From the NCBI GenBank assembly GCA_013265495.1, contig MU057521.1:1376335-1440334 (forward strand): 64,000 bases of DNA, read 5' to 3'. How positions within the stretch are numbered: the stretch's first letter is position 1; the number at the start of each line of letters is the position of its first letter. This DNA is from Vicugna vicugna. Taxonomy: Eukaryota. The position numbers and the translations under genes are program-made. Below, in pieces: positions 25,215-37,994 of the stretch. Below the pieces are notes generated by a model. The model worked only from the letters and a program-made list of their open reading frames with translations. It searched no databases and was not told where the DNA came from.

Positions 25215-25965
25215 CTGACAAATTTTCAAACATGCACAAAATTAGAATAACATAGTAAACCCCCCACGTACCCATCACTCAGCTTCAATAGTTACTAATA
25301 TTTTGCAAATCTTATTTCACCTATCCCCTTAATTTTATTTCTTGAGTATTTTAAAGCAAATTTTAAACACCATGTTATTTTGCTGATAAAAATTTCAGTA
25401 TGCTTGTCTATTTGATGAAGACATTTTTTTCTTTTTTTACATAACCAACATGGCATTATCATATTTCAACATTTCCAATAATTCCTTGACATTAATAACC
25501 AGCCCATATTCAAACTTCTTTGATCGCCTTTTAAAAGTCTTTTTAAAGGTTGGTTTATTCAAATCGAGACCTAAATAATATCCATATATTCCATTTGATT
25601 ATTATGTCTCAAGTCCTTTTTATTCTATTTATTCTAATTTAGACTTTTAAAAAAAATGCTATTGATTTGTTTGAAAATGAGTCATTTATCCTGCAGAGTG
25701 GTCTGCATTCTGGGTTTATCCGATCACTTCCTCATGGTGTCATTTAACTAGTTCCTCCTACTGTTTCTCTTGTAAAATATTATTTACATCTGGAGTCACG
25801 ATTAGATTCAGGTTTAATTATTCTAGGCAAGAATACTTCCCAGGTGGTGGCATGTCCTACTTACTGCATCTCTGTTGTGAAGCACATTGTGTCTGGCAAT
25901 CTCACGTTTTCCACTGCCTGTGTCCTAGATAGACCAGCTGGTCTGATGATCACTCCATTAGAAAG
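25215..25965 (-). mobile_element. L1MC-type 3'UTR
   Basis: aattttcaaacatgcacaaaa...cccatcactcagcttcaa and ctaggcaagaatacttcccaggtggt. Confidence 0.7.
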
Positions 25966-26097
25966 CCTTTTTAAAAATTTTACTTTACAGGAATGTTTTA
26001 TCTCTTCCTTCTAGTAGCAACAAATATTTCAAAGGAGATAAAATACTTCAAAGAAAGAGGACTCTGCATGAGGCAACTCTAAGTATTAGTCTGTGAT

Positions 26098-26693
26098 CTT
26101 TTTTTTTTCCTGTTTACTAGTTTTTGAAGTATATTTGATGTATAATATTACGTAAGTTATAGGTGTGCAGTACGGTGATTCACAATTTTTAAAGATTATG
26201 CTCCATTTATAGTTATTATAAAACAGTGGTGGTATTCCCTGTGGTGTGCAGTATGCCCTTATAGCTTATTTTATATCTGATAGTTTGTACCTCTTACTCC
26301 TCTCCCCCTATATTGCCCCTCCCCTCTTCCCTTTCTCTACTGGTAACCACTAGTTGGTTCTCTATGTCTGTGAGTCTGCTTCTTTTTTGTTATATTCACT
26401 AGTTTGTTGTATTTTTTAGAGTCTGCATATATGATATCATACAGTATTTGTCTTTCTCTGTCTGACTTGTTGCACTTAGCATAATGCCTCCAAGTTCGTC
26501 TATGTTGCTGCAAATGGCAAACTTTCGTTCTCTTTTATGGCTGAGTAGTGTTCCATTGTATGCATATACCACATCTTTATCCATTCATCTGTTGGTGGAC
26601 ACTTAGGTTGTTTCCATATCTTAGTAGTTGTAAATAATGCTGCTGTGAACATTGGGGTGCGTGTATCTTTTTGAATTAGTATTTTTGTTTTTT
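26098..26693 (-). mobile_element. L1 3' end (artiodactyl-type)
   Basis: Poly(T), 3'UTR and ORF2 tail; ORF 26399-26584 (LGGIMLSATSQTEKDKYCMIS) is the L1 ORF2 end. Confidence 0.88.
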
Positions 26694-27199
26694 AGAAAGA
26701 CTTCATCTTTATGGTGTTCTTTCTAGGAGTGTTACCCTTTCTGTCCTCAAAGGCTCACCTGATGGTTGCAGCATCCACCAGTGATGCTGCTTACTTCTAC
26801 TATCTCAAAGTGGCAAAGTGATAATTATTAACTTCCGTTATTCCCTCTAAAGTTATTGGCTGGAAGTCTTGAATTAAAAACAAAAACAAACTCCCCTCAT
26901 CAACGTTTGGGCAAGAATTCATTTTAAATTCTATGGTTAAGCGTGTGATATTGTTTAATGTTTCCCAAGGTATCCCTAAAGGAAAGCATGATTTAAACAT
27001 CCATGACAGGATTTGGGGGAGAGCCTGGCCCCCATAACTGTGTGCCTGACGCCGTTCTCTTTTGTGGTCTTTCTGAGGTTAAGCCCTTGGTTAGTGCTTT
27101 TAATCACACTTCATGCCGCAACACCTGGGACCTTGCTATAGCAGTTGTATTATTTGATATTGGTCTTTAAACTCTGTCTTGATAGTTTCTATCCTCTGC

Positions 27200-27525
27200 C
27201 TAGAAATATACAGTAGTTTTCCCTATTCTGGGGGAAGAATCCTTCTCTTGTGCTTTACTGCTGAATCCTCAGCCTGGCACATGGATTCCTTGTGACCTGA
27301 GCCTTCCTGCCTTCCCTTCATCTCTTCTACCACCTCATGCCTCGGCCAAAACGAGTCCTATTACTCCCCTGTTACTCCAAAGCGGCCTGTGCATTCTTTC
27401 CATCACTCTTTTATTCACACCTTCTTCTGCCAGTAGCATTCTTCCCAGTGTTTGTCAACCCTATCTATTCCCAGAGGCTTGGCTCAAATGCCGTGTCTTC
27501 ATGAAACCATTCCTGGTTATCCTGC
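27200..27525 (+). mobile_element. L2 fragment
   Basis: ggctcaaatgccgtgtcttcatgaaaccattcctg. Confidence 0.55.
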
Positions 27526-27699
27526 CAGAAGAAAAAGATCCTGACCCCGATCCCCCCAGGAAGTGTAAACCTCTTTGGGATGTAATCTATTAAACTTTTG
27601 AAGAGGATCAATTAAGTTTTAAAAAAAAAGGATTAAAAAAAAAGACAGACGTACACAAAATTGAATGAAATAGAAAATAAAGATTAAGGAATAAGGATG

Positions 27700-28250
27700 A
27701 AAGCTTCCTGACTATTCTGGTGAGCAGAGTTGCTGTTACTGGGCAGTGGATCCATTTCTGAGCTTCCCAATAGCTTGAGAAAGTGAGGGAGATGCTTAAA
27801 GTATGTGATTGTCTTTATCAAAAGAAATCCCTTCAGTTCTGTGGTATAGGAAAATTCTTCTTGGCCTCGATTTCTAAAACTTTTCAGATGGCTTTATATG
27901 GATGGCATAGTGAAGAACATTTTATAGCAAAATTTTCTGGCCATTTCTTATAGCAATGTTGGATAAAACCTATCCAATTAAAGGTAATCTATTATGGGCT
28001 AATCTAATTATAGTCCAAATAGCGAGGCTTCTGGTGTTCTAATCTGATCAAAGGATAAAACTCAGAGTCCCTAAAGGAACTAATGGAGTGCACATGCGCT
28101 GTAGACAGTCGGCTCTGTTGATCACCTGTCCGATCCAAAAACGTGATAATAGCGGAGTGAATGCTAGTTTAAATTGCACCTACTGGTGAGAGTCTGGAAT
28201 GCTTGTCTCCTGTCTTGCTGCATCAGGGTAGATGCATATAATTTGGAAAG
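27700..28250 (-). mobile_element. Possible ancient LINE (L4/RTE-X-like) 3' fossil
   Basis: Minus strand gives an ENFA...LCHPYKAI*K-like zinc-knuckle remnant and gggaagctcaga; weak resemblance only. Confidence 0.3.
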
Positions 28251-29109
28251 CAAATGAGTAGATGATAAAGTTGATAACCTGCTATGAGAGTTGAGAAATT
28301 ACATACCTGTTTTCACTCACATATAAGGTCATTCTGCGGGTAGTTAGCTGATCAGAAAGCCAGAAGTTCCCTAAAAAGGCAGTATTGAAAACAAGGCTTT
28401 CTAGGAAAAAAAGCATTTTAGGGCCTAGAAAAATTTCAAAATTTTTGTTAAAACTTCCTGCAATAGTAGTAAATCCTCAGTAGTGTTTTCCTAGAACAGC
28501 TGGTTCTCTGCCATTTGGCTTCTGTGTGCCTCCGTGGGAACGCCCCCTTGCGGCTGGATGAGGAGGCTTTCTTAAAGGAATTATTTCATGCTATCCAATT
28601 AGTCCGCATTGGATTTTGGAGGGTATCCCCCCAAAATATGATGAGTTACTTGCTTTAGTTTATTTTTAAATTTCTTTATTCCAGAAGATTTCAAAATACA
28701 CAGAAGTGGAAATCATAATATGATAAATAATAATATAAGTTATAATAATAAATATTAATTATAATAATATAATAATAAACCCCAGCTTCAACAATTATCT
28801 ACAATTTGCTTATTCTTAATTGTAACATTACTAAGTACACATGATAAAAAAAAATCAAAGAATGCCAAAAGACGTTAAATTCAAAGTCCCTTCTACCTTT
28901 TGCCCCAAGATAACTACGTTTACAGTTTCTTGAGTATCCTTTCAGAAGTGTATGCATATTTGTACGTACCTTTGTCCTTTTAAAAGTGTGATCATATTGT
29001 TTTTATATGTCCTTTTCCTTTTATGCATACTGTTTTTCCCCTTTTTTGAACTAATATACCTTAGAGAGTACATTTTCATGTATAAATTCATGAAACTTCA
29101 TTTTTTTGT

Positions 29110-29330
29110 TAGTAACAATAATCACTCTTATGTACTCTTAACTGTTTACCTGCAGTTATTCATCTTTACATATATCAACCACTTTAATCCTCACAACAGC
29201 TCTACAAGGTAGGTACTGTTATCCCATTTTATAGATGGGGAAACTGAGGGATGGAGAGGTAAAGTAACTCACCTGAAGTTACACAGCTGCTGAGGGTCAG
29301 GATCTGTGTTCGTAGCCGCCCCACTGCCTG
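29110..29330 (-). mobile_element. MIR inserted in old L1 sequence
   Basis: tttaatcctcacaacagctctacaaggtaggtactgttatcccattttatagatggggaaactgagg. Confidence 0.85.
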
Positions 29331-29831
29331 CATCTATGTAACACAACACTGTACAGCTGTGTGGTGCTCCCTCGTGTGGACCTACTGTGCTTTAACACTT
29401 AAATATCTTTGGTGGTGCTTGAAACATCTGTGGGTGGGTGTTTAGGTTGTTTCCAATTTTGCTTGCTATTATAAGAATGCTACTGTGACTTGCACTTAAA
29501 CACGGAGATTTGAACTTGTATTTATTGCCTTTCCCCCCGATGTGACAATAAAAGTGTATGGGCGCATGCGTACACAAACACACAGACAAAGTAACAGGGA
29601 AAGCAGATGAAAGCACCATTTGGAAGCTGAAAAGCCGTTAGATGGCAGGTGACTGGTAACAGATCAGAAGAAGTTGAAACCTTCGTTGGCAGTGAGTGAG
29701 AAAAAAAGAAGCAAGTCTATTGGTGTTTCAGAGTCCTGGAAAAGCTCAGGTGCCTGGAACCTCTGAAAGAAGGGATGCTGAGTTTAAAATATTTGAGATG
29801 ATGAAACTTTTAAATGATAATGAAGCAGATC

Positions 29832-30151
29832 ACCTTTGGTCCTCCATATCTGTGGGCTCTGCATCCGTAGATGCAGTCAACCTCACATGTGAAAATATTC
29901 AGGGGAAAAATATTCTAGAAAGTTACCCAGAGCAAAACTTGAACGTGCCAAGCACTGGCTACTGTTAACATAGCATTTGCATTGTATCGGGTATTATAAA
30001 TGATCTAGAGATGGTTTAAGGTGTACAAGAAGATGCGCATCAGTTATATGCAAATACTATGCCATCTTCTATAAGGCACACGAGCATCCAAGGAGTTTGG
30101 TATTTCCAGGGGTCCTGGAACCAATCCCCCAAGGATATTGAAGGATGACTG
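29832..30151 (-). mobile_element. MER2-type Tigger MITE
   Basis: ggggtcctggaaccaatcccccaaggatattgaaggatgactg|TA terminus, with a complementary left end. Confidence 0.85.
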
Positions 30152-30154
30152 TAT

Positions 30155-31090
30155 TGTCATGACTTTAGGGAAGGATTTCATAAAGTAGACACAAAAGGGC
30201 ATTAACCATAAAAAAAATGGTATATTCAACTGTATTGAAAGAATTTCTCTTCATCAAATGCAATCATAAACAGAGTACAAATGAAAGCCAGAGGAGGGGG
30301 AAATATTTGAAATACATGTAACTAACAAAGGACTAGTATTCAAAATACAAATAAAGAATTCCTGGCAATAAGAAAAACACATTTTAAAAGTAAACAGTAC
30401 ACTTAAACAGGTACTTCACAAAAGAGAAAGTTTAAAGGGTTGATGAACGTGTGAAAAGCTATCCAAAGTTATCTTTCATCAAGAAAACACAAAGTATAAA
30501 TGGAAACGAACATATGCATGACTGCAACATTGTGCTGTACACCAGAGCCTGACACATTGTAATCGACTGTACCTCAATTACAAAAAAAACACAAAGCCAC
30601 CATGAGATCATTACATACCCAGTGGATTGGCGAATTTTGAACAGTTCTAATGATACCAGTTGTTGACAAGGAAACAGAGAAACAGGCACTTCTTACACTG
30701 CTGGTGGGAATGAAGGGGACAGCAGCCACCATGGAGAACAGTTTGGTGTCATGACGAGGTTCAAGGTATGCATTCCCTATGACCCACAATCCCGCTACCA
30801 GCCGTACACCCCAGAGAAACCCTTGCAGACACGCACCAGAGTGAACGAGCAAAGAGGCTCTGAGCATCATTCCTCAGGATAGCCCCAAAGTGGAAACAAC
30901 CCAAATGTCCATTAATAATCGAATAGATAAATAAGTTCTGGCATAGTCCTTCAGTGGGATACACTGTATGACAGGGAAAATGAATATACACTTCATACAA
31001 TAATTTGGATGAACTGCAAAAAAAAAGTTGAACAAAAGAAGCAGGATGCACAAAAATGCAATATGCCATTTATATAATCTTGTTAAACAT
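30155..31090 (+). mobile_element. Old L1 ORF2 3' region
   Basis: L1M motifs such as acactgctggtgggaatg and ggaaacaacccaaatgtccattaa. Confidence 0.8.
30495..30585 (+). mobile_element. Short young L1 3' end with 11-bp TSD
   Basis: Flanked by aaaacacaaag at 30484-30494 and 30586-30596. Confidence 0.8.
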
Positions 31091-31449
31091 CTTATAAGAG
31101 CTGAAAATATTATAACTTAATTTTATCTAGTTAAGCAAAATACAAAATCCCAAAGTCCATCAAGGAAATACATGGAGCCCAAGCTGTAGGTTATGTCCCA
31201 TGGACCTTTCCCAGGATCTCTGTGAATCCCCGATCTCAGGAGAGCGCCCGGGCCTCTGCTTCCAAGCTGGTTCCTGCTAATCTGGCTGCCTCCCAGCTGC
31301 CTCTTAGAGCCCTTCTCATCTCCGGGCTGCACCACCTTAGGCAGGAGCCCAGTGAACTTTTATTGCCCAAACCCCCCAATAAAAACATCCCCAAAGGGGT
31401 GTGTGTGTGTGTTTACATGCGCAGCGTGCCTGCAGATATGTGGTTGGGT

Positions 31450-31630
31450 GGCTGGGCCCCTGAGCTCGTCTTGAGCAAGTCACTTAGCCCTTTTGCACTT
31501 CCATCGTCACCCCCAAAATAAGCATGTTAACCCATTTCATACTGGCCACCGTGAGAAATGAATGAGGTAAGGCACCTAGCGTTCCAGGCAGAGCCTGTGT
31601 GCCTAGTAAGTGTTCAGTAGTACCAGCACC
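31450..31630 (+). mobile_element. MIR
   Basis: cttgagcaagtcacttagcc...tagtaagtgttcagta. Confidence 0.6.
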
Positions 31631-33109
31631 TACATAAGCAGGAATAACACACGTGAGCATTGTCTGGGCCCCCAGTGCTCGGGTTTTCTCATCAGACGGA
31701 CTCCTCCGCCACCTCTGATCTCTTTCTTGTCAAGTCCATGGCCCCTCCCACACCCAGCCAGTTCTTTCCCAAGACTGTGCTTTTCCGTTTCTGGACTTGC
31801 TTTGCTCCTCCCTCCTGACTCAGTTCTGTTATTTCCCAGAGCAGCGTGGCCCCCTCCTCAGCTCCTGGCCGGCCTCTGCACAGCCAGCGGTACCCGTGTG
31901 CCCTGCTAAGCACAAGGCCATCCACTCTGGGTGACAACAGACAGCTGAGGCTGAAGCTTCCCTCTCCCTGGCTCCCCCCCACCCCAAGAGCAGGAGGGAA
32001 TTCATTTTCCCGTGGAAATGAATGATGCCACTGCCCTTCAAATGGAGAGGCCACCAGTCGCTTCAGGTTTTAAATAACATTTTCACTCTCTGTTATAAAT
32101 AAGCCCATCCAGGTCCCTGTTTGATTTGCATCCACTGTCTTCTCGGCAAAACAGCTCCCCATGGGGGTGGGGAGACTTTGCTCGTTTCTGCTGCTGCATT
32201 TCTGGCTCTCATCCCTGGTCGCCGAGTGGATGCGGTCTAGAGAGTCCAAAACTAGTCAAGCTTGGAAACCAGCCATGCGTGTCATGCTCACACTTGAACC
32301 TGAAGGCACACTGCGTCCCCCTTTCTCAGGAGGGAAATTAAAGTTGGGGAAGGGCAAAGGGTTCTTATTACTGGAGCCCGGGAACTCTGATCCGCCCCAC
32401 TTGATAATGAGATGAAAATGGCCAAACTGCAAACTGTGTCTCTGCATGTTTTTTGGATTTTTTTTTCCCCTCTGTAAACTAGAAAAGAAAGAGACTGCAA
32501 GCCTTGGAGATAAGAAAATTCATTTTGTAAAAAGCTGGCCTCTTGGGGCAGATAATCAAGACAGGATGGGGAAGTGGACGCATCAGAATATTTGCTTTAG
32601 AAGCCAACCGTGCTGTGCCATCAATTGGGTATGAGTTTGTTCCACATTCAGGAGCAAAACACGTTCTATTACTACATTCTTTTCTAAATCAAGTTAAATG
32701 TGGCCCTGAGCTTCCACTTGACAAGAGTAGCAAGAAATTCACTATCAGCCGGGTTGTGGGGTGCCCCTCTGCGTCCCTGGAAGACCAGAAGTCTGTCCAG
32801 AAAATGTAGGGAAAGGCCTCTGGCTTCTCGTCTGTCCTTGGTGATGCCACGGAGCTTCACACACTTGCTGCCCCAGCCCCCGTGGCCCTCGAAGGTGGAC
32901 AGCCGTGTTCTTCCTAGCAGAGCTCACATGCAGAGGTCTTCAGCTTCATGGCATAGGGATCAGCCTTTCTGTTATCCCGTCGGAAACCGCGTTGCCAAGT
33001 GGGAGCTGTGTCGGGAGGGGGTGGGAGGAGAGATCTACCCCACTCGGGCTTGGGAGATCTAACCCCTTTCTCGTGAGGGTCACACCACTCCTCACTTCTT
33101 CGACCCTTT

Positions 33110-33580
33110 CATAGCAAGAGTAGTGGTCCCCTAAGATGCCCACATTCTAATCTCGGAACTGGAAATGTGACCTTCTATAGCAAAAGGGACTTTTTGGATG
33201 TGATGAAGTTGAGGACCATGAGATGGAGAATGTCTAGGCAAGCTCTAAGTGTGATCACAAGTGTCCTCATAAAGGAGAGTAGAGGAGGGTTTGACTACAG
33301 AAGAGAAGTCGACCTGATCTTGGAAGGAGATCCTGCAGTGATGTGCTTTAGGAAGGCACCACAAGCCAAGGAACATAGGCAACCTCTAGAAGCAGGAAAA
33401 AGTGAGGAAGCATTCTCCTGGAGGCTCCAAAAGGAATGCAGCCCTGCTGACACCTTGATTTTAGCCCAGTGAGACTTGTTTCAGACTTCTGACCTCCAGA
33501 ACTGTAAAAAAAAACACATTTGTGGTGTTTTAAGCCTTCAAATTCATGGTGATTTGTTATAGCAGCAAGAAACTAGTACA
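33110..33580 (+). mobile_element. MLT1D-like solo LTR
   Basis: gcagccctgctgacaccttgattttagcccagtgagac...ttctgacctccagaactgtaa...aactagtaca. Confidence 0.88.
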
Positions 33581-34385
33581 GCTGCTTTCTCCCCTTGGAC
33601 AGTTGAGCTTGTTGGCCAAGATTCTTGAAAATCAAAGTTTTAATGAGGTGAGAGAAATCCAACCCTCCAGGATGAAGAAACTGGGTTGCTTTCTGAGAAG
33701 GGGAAATGGCTTTATTTCTTTCATGATGAGTTTGCAGCAGAAGGTAAGATGTGGTTGACTTCTCATTCATTTTACCCTGTCACTTAGGACCCTTTGGAGT
33801 CTTCATCATCTGGGGTGCCTCCAGGAAACCTAGTGGATCTGGAAGGATGCAGTGCTGGCCCCATAAGTCTTGGGGGTCACATGCTGTGTAACCAACACTT
33901 GAGTAACCCATCCATGGCTGGGGGGACCTTGGTCACCTGGGCTAGCACAAAGCCTGCTGACCTGTTCTTCCTGGAGAGGAGATCTGTTGACCATCTCAGA
34001 AGGATTCCCTGAGAGGCAGGGTTCTTTGGAGACTCACCAGGAGAGGCAATGAGGGCAAGGCTATATATAGCTGGGCAGAGTAGAACCAAGTCAGAGCCTG
34101 AGGCACGCAGGATAGAGGAGGGGTGAGGTCCATCCCTCCCGCATGGGGTACTGGTGTGTGGACAGGACAGGGCTCCCCCTCCATACTCTCAGGCTGCAAA
34201 TGGGACATGAACAGGTTAAGAATTCTATTTATTTCAGGGAAATCTACGTCTTGTATCCTATATGTTAATCATGCTTTGTTTTACCTTCCCACGGGGATAT
34301 TTTATACTTCTAAGGGATAAGAAAAAAATCCCTCCTCTTTATTTTTCTTGCAAAAACCTTAGGTAATCATCTGAGTAAAGGCAAG

Positions 34386-34878
34386 TGTATCTGTTTCCCA
34401 TTACTGCTGTAACAAAGGACCACAAACTTAGTGGCTTAGAAAAACACAGCTGTATGATGTTACAGTTATGGAGGTCAGAAATCTGAAACAGGTCTCACTG
34501 GGCTAAAATCAAGGTGTGGCCAGTTCCTAACGGAGGCTCGGCAGGAATCTGTCTCTGCCTACTTCAGTTTTTAGAAGCTGCCCACATTCCTTGCTTGTGG
34601 CCCCTCCTCCACCTGCAGCCCCAGCCATCGGGTCACTCCCACCTCTGCTCCTGTTGTCTCATCTCCTTCTCTGACTCCCAGTCTCCCACTTCTGTCTTCT
34701 ACTTCTGAGGGCCTTTGTGACCACATCCAGCCTGTCCAGCTCACCCGAGATGACCACCCCCACCTCAAGATCCTTAATCACATCCACTACGTCCTTTTTG
34801 CCCTGTGAGGTGACGCAGTCACAGGTTCCAGGGCTGAGGACGTGGACATCCTTGGAGAGCCGTCATTCTGCCTTCCAG
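34386..34878 (-). mobile_element. MLT1D-like solo LTR
   Basis: tgtatctgtttcccattactgctgtaacaaaggaccacaaacttagtggctta...tcactgggctaaaatcaaggtg. Confidence 0.88.
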
Positions 34879-37094
34879 TGCAAGTAGACTTACTAAGATG
34901 TTTTAAAATCTGCCTACGAAACGTCTGTTCAGAGAACCTTCTCGAGGGAGCCTAGTGTTACCACAGGTGCCTGGCATGTGCTAGTGAGTCAGGGTTTTGC
35001 TTCTTTCTCATGACTGTCTGTGTCCATTTGTTCACTCACGAGTCTTTCCAGTCGACAGTCCTCAAAAGCATCTGCTGAAGATGATCCCGGTGAAGTTCCT
35101 AAGGCTTCTCACAAAGGGCCTGAGGCTGAACAAGAGGTTGGCTAGCCTCCACCTTCCCTCCCCCAGGGTCCAAGGGCCAGCTGCTCTGTCCCTTACTAGA
35201 AAGAAAACAGTCTTATTTCTAGCCGATCAGAAACACACATGGCTTCCAGAGGATGGGGCCAGGCCTTTCCTTACTTTTCTATGAGTATCACCACAGACAG
35301 AGCCTCCCTCCATGGGCTCCTGAGAGGGTCCCTGCTCCCTTTTCTCCTTCCTTCCCCAGGATGTTGGCTGCGTTCCAGCAGCAGCCCACAGGGTCATGGG
35401 CACCATTCATCCTGCACCATCCAGGAAGGCAGGGCTCCGTGCCTCCCTGCTGCCTTGCTTGGCAAGAGTCATAAAGCTTTCTGGCTCCTCAGAGCAAGAC
35501 ATGAGCGAGACAAACAAGCCCTTCTTGCTAAGGTTGACCACTAAATATAGATTCTATTTTGCATGTCTGCCTAGCTTGGCTGTCTTTCCAAAACCCTTTC
35601 CTCACTGGGATGGGAGCAGAAGGAAGAGGGAGAGAAAATTCCACTCTCCAACAAACAGGAAGTCAAGTGAATAAATAATTGAATGGATTCATGAATAAAT
35701 GATTGCTCCAATGTCTTTAACTTACCACTATCTCATATGTCGTAAAAGACTGGAAACTTTGGCCAGAAGAATTTGCCTTTACTGCGGAGGTCGACCAACA
35801 CCAACATCGGCTTGCTTTTCCCCCCTCTGTCCGGTAGGTACCAGCCTTTCACCTCAACTTTGGCTTCTCCATATTCTCAAACCGAATGCACCAAGAGCTA
35901 AGTTTGACTACTGGAGCAGTCCATCTTCTCTCCTGGAATGCTGGCAAACAGAATTCCAAAAATGTCAATTTAGAAGGTTATTTCATAATGGATGCTCCAG
36001 CCATCTCAGTATATTTTCTCAGCTGTTAATTGTCAAGGGCTCCACATGACTTCTGCCAAAATCTTTTCATTACCACACCAGCCATAGTTCTGAATTTCAA
36101 TTAAAAGTCACACAGCATGCTGGCACCTCCCTGCGTAACATGATGGGTAGTAACTATCAGCCAGGCTAGCACGTGCTATAATGTTAAACCCCTGCCAGGA
36201 ATATTCTCCTGTGACCTTTTGGGGAAATTCTAGGTGTCTGAGCAAAATTAAAGAGTTACCTCTTTAAGGAAAAGACTCCTGGAAATAGTCTTCATGGGGA
36301 TCTCCTGGGAGTTGCCTGGGCGGTAATGATGCCACAATTAGACTAACCAAAGTACATTTCAAGGAGGATTTAATTGAATCGTTAAAAGCTGTGTTTCGAG
36401 AGAACAGAGTTCGCCCACCTGAAAATCACTTGGAGAAGGCAATGTCTACAGTCTGAGATGATTTGATAGGAGTCCTTCAGCGTAAGTAGAAATAGGGAAA
36501 AAATCCTCACCGTGATCACCTTCTACTAGGACTATGGATTTTTCACCCTAGATTGAAATCTTCAATGAGCATGGCTTCATCAGCTACCAATTTATTTGAT
36601 TGTCAACCTATGAAGACAGTGAAATCAATTACGTTGGCTGTAGCGATTAAGGTGTGTCAAGTCAGCGCTGACCTGTAACGACTACTTGTAACACTTACCA
36701 TCACATCCCCTTAGCATAGATGATACCCTCATTAATACCCAAACTCACATCCATGTCTGCCTAACAGCCAGCAGAAGTCGCCCAGTCAGCGCCCACACCT
36801 CAAGCTAATGCATCTCTCTTACCTCTTTCTTTAGTTTTTAGACATTTTTCTACGAATGTTGACAATTCTTCATTCATCAGTGTGACTAAGGAAGGATATA
36901 TGATGCATAAAATATAAAATCAGCAAAAATGTCATATTTTTGATCAGTTTTGGCGCTTAATGCTGTAAAGTGGATCTTTTAAGTGGGGGATTGACTTTAC
37001 AGAAAGAGTCAACATAAAGTGTTTACAAAGAAGCACTCACTGAGTCTTTGTTTATCTTGTACTTCATTTTACCAGGTTGCCAGGTAGGTAGCAT

Positions 37095-37255
37095 GCTACC
37101 AATTTACTGAGCATTCAACAACATTTAGTGATGATCTTCTGTGGGCCTAGAACTGTGCTGGAAGCTGGGCACACAAAGATGGCTAATGTGTGCTTCCTTC
37201 CCTAGAGGAATCGACCAGGTGGTAGGGGAGACTGGCACGTAAACATATAAATTAA
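37095..37255 (-). mobile_element. L2 3' end
   Basis: cattcaacaacatttagtga...actgtgctggaagctggg. Confidence 0.55.
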
Positions 37256-37324
37256 TAGAACCTCTGACATGGGATCCTTCAGAATGTATTGTAATTATTT
37301 ACATATATTTCCACTAGTAGAGTT

Positions 37325-37990
37325 TACCTTTTTTAAATTTAGATACAGCTTTATTGCATTAAAGTTCACTTATACCATACAATTCACCCATTTGAAGTGT
37401 ACAGTTCAGGTTTGGTGGGGTTTTTGTGTGTGTGTGTGCGTGCGTGCATTCACAGAGTTGTGCAATCCATCACCACAATCGATTTTAGAACATTTTCATC
37501 CCAAAAAAGAAACCCAACGTCCCTTAACAGTCATGCTCATTTTCCTCCAACCCACTCCTCAGCCTTAGGCAACACTAATTCTTTCTGTCTCTACAGATTT
37601 GCCTGTTCTGGATATTTCATACAAGGAAATGAAAATGAAATCATACAGTATATAGTCTTTTGGGACTGTCTCCTTTCATTTAGTGTAATGTTTTCAAGGT
37701 TCATCAATGTGGTAGTATGTATGAGTACTTCATTTTTTTTTGCCAATTAATATTCCATTGATGGATATACCACATCTTTTTGTTGTTTATTGTTCTTTTA
37801 TTGAGATGACATTTATATACAATGAAATGTATACGTTTTAAGAGTGGCCATACCACATTTTAATTCCCTTATCAGCTGATGAACATGTAGGTTATTTCTA
37901 TTTGGGGGCTACATAAAATGTTATGAATGTTCTTGGGCAAATTTTTGAGTGGACACTTACTGAAATGACTAGGTTTAACCTTCTGAGAAA
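37325..37990 (-). mobile_element. L1MB-type 3' end
   Basis: cagctttattgcattaaagttcacttataccatacaattcacccatttgaagtgtacagttca. Confidence 0.8.
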
Positions 37991-37994
37991 CAAG

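Noticed and set aside
32483..32628. Plus-strand exon-like segment
   Set aside because: Isolated and unrecognisable; only relevant if transcription from the 23.1-kb element is shown.
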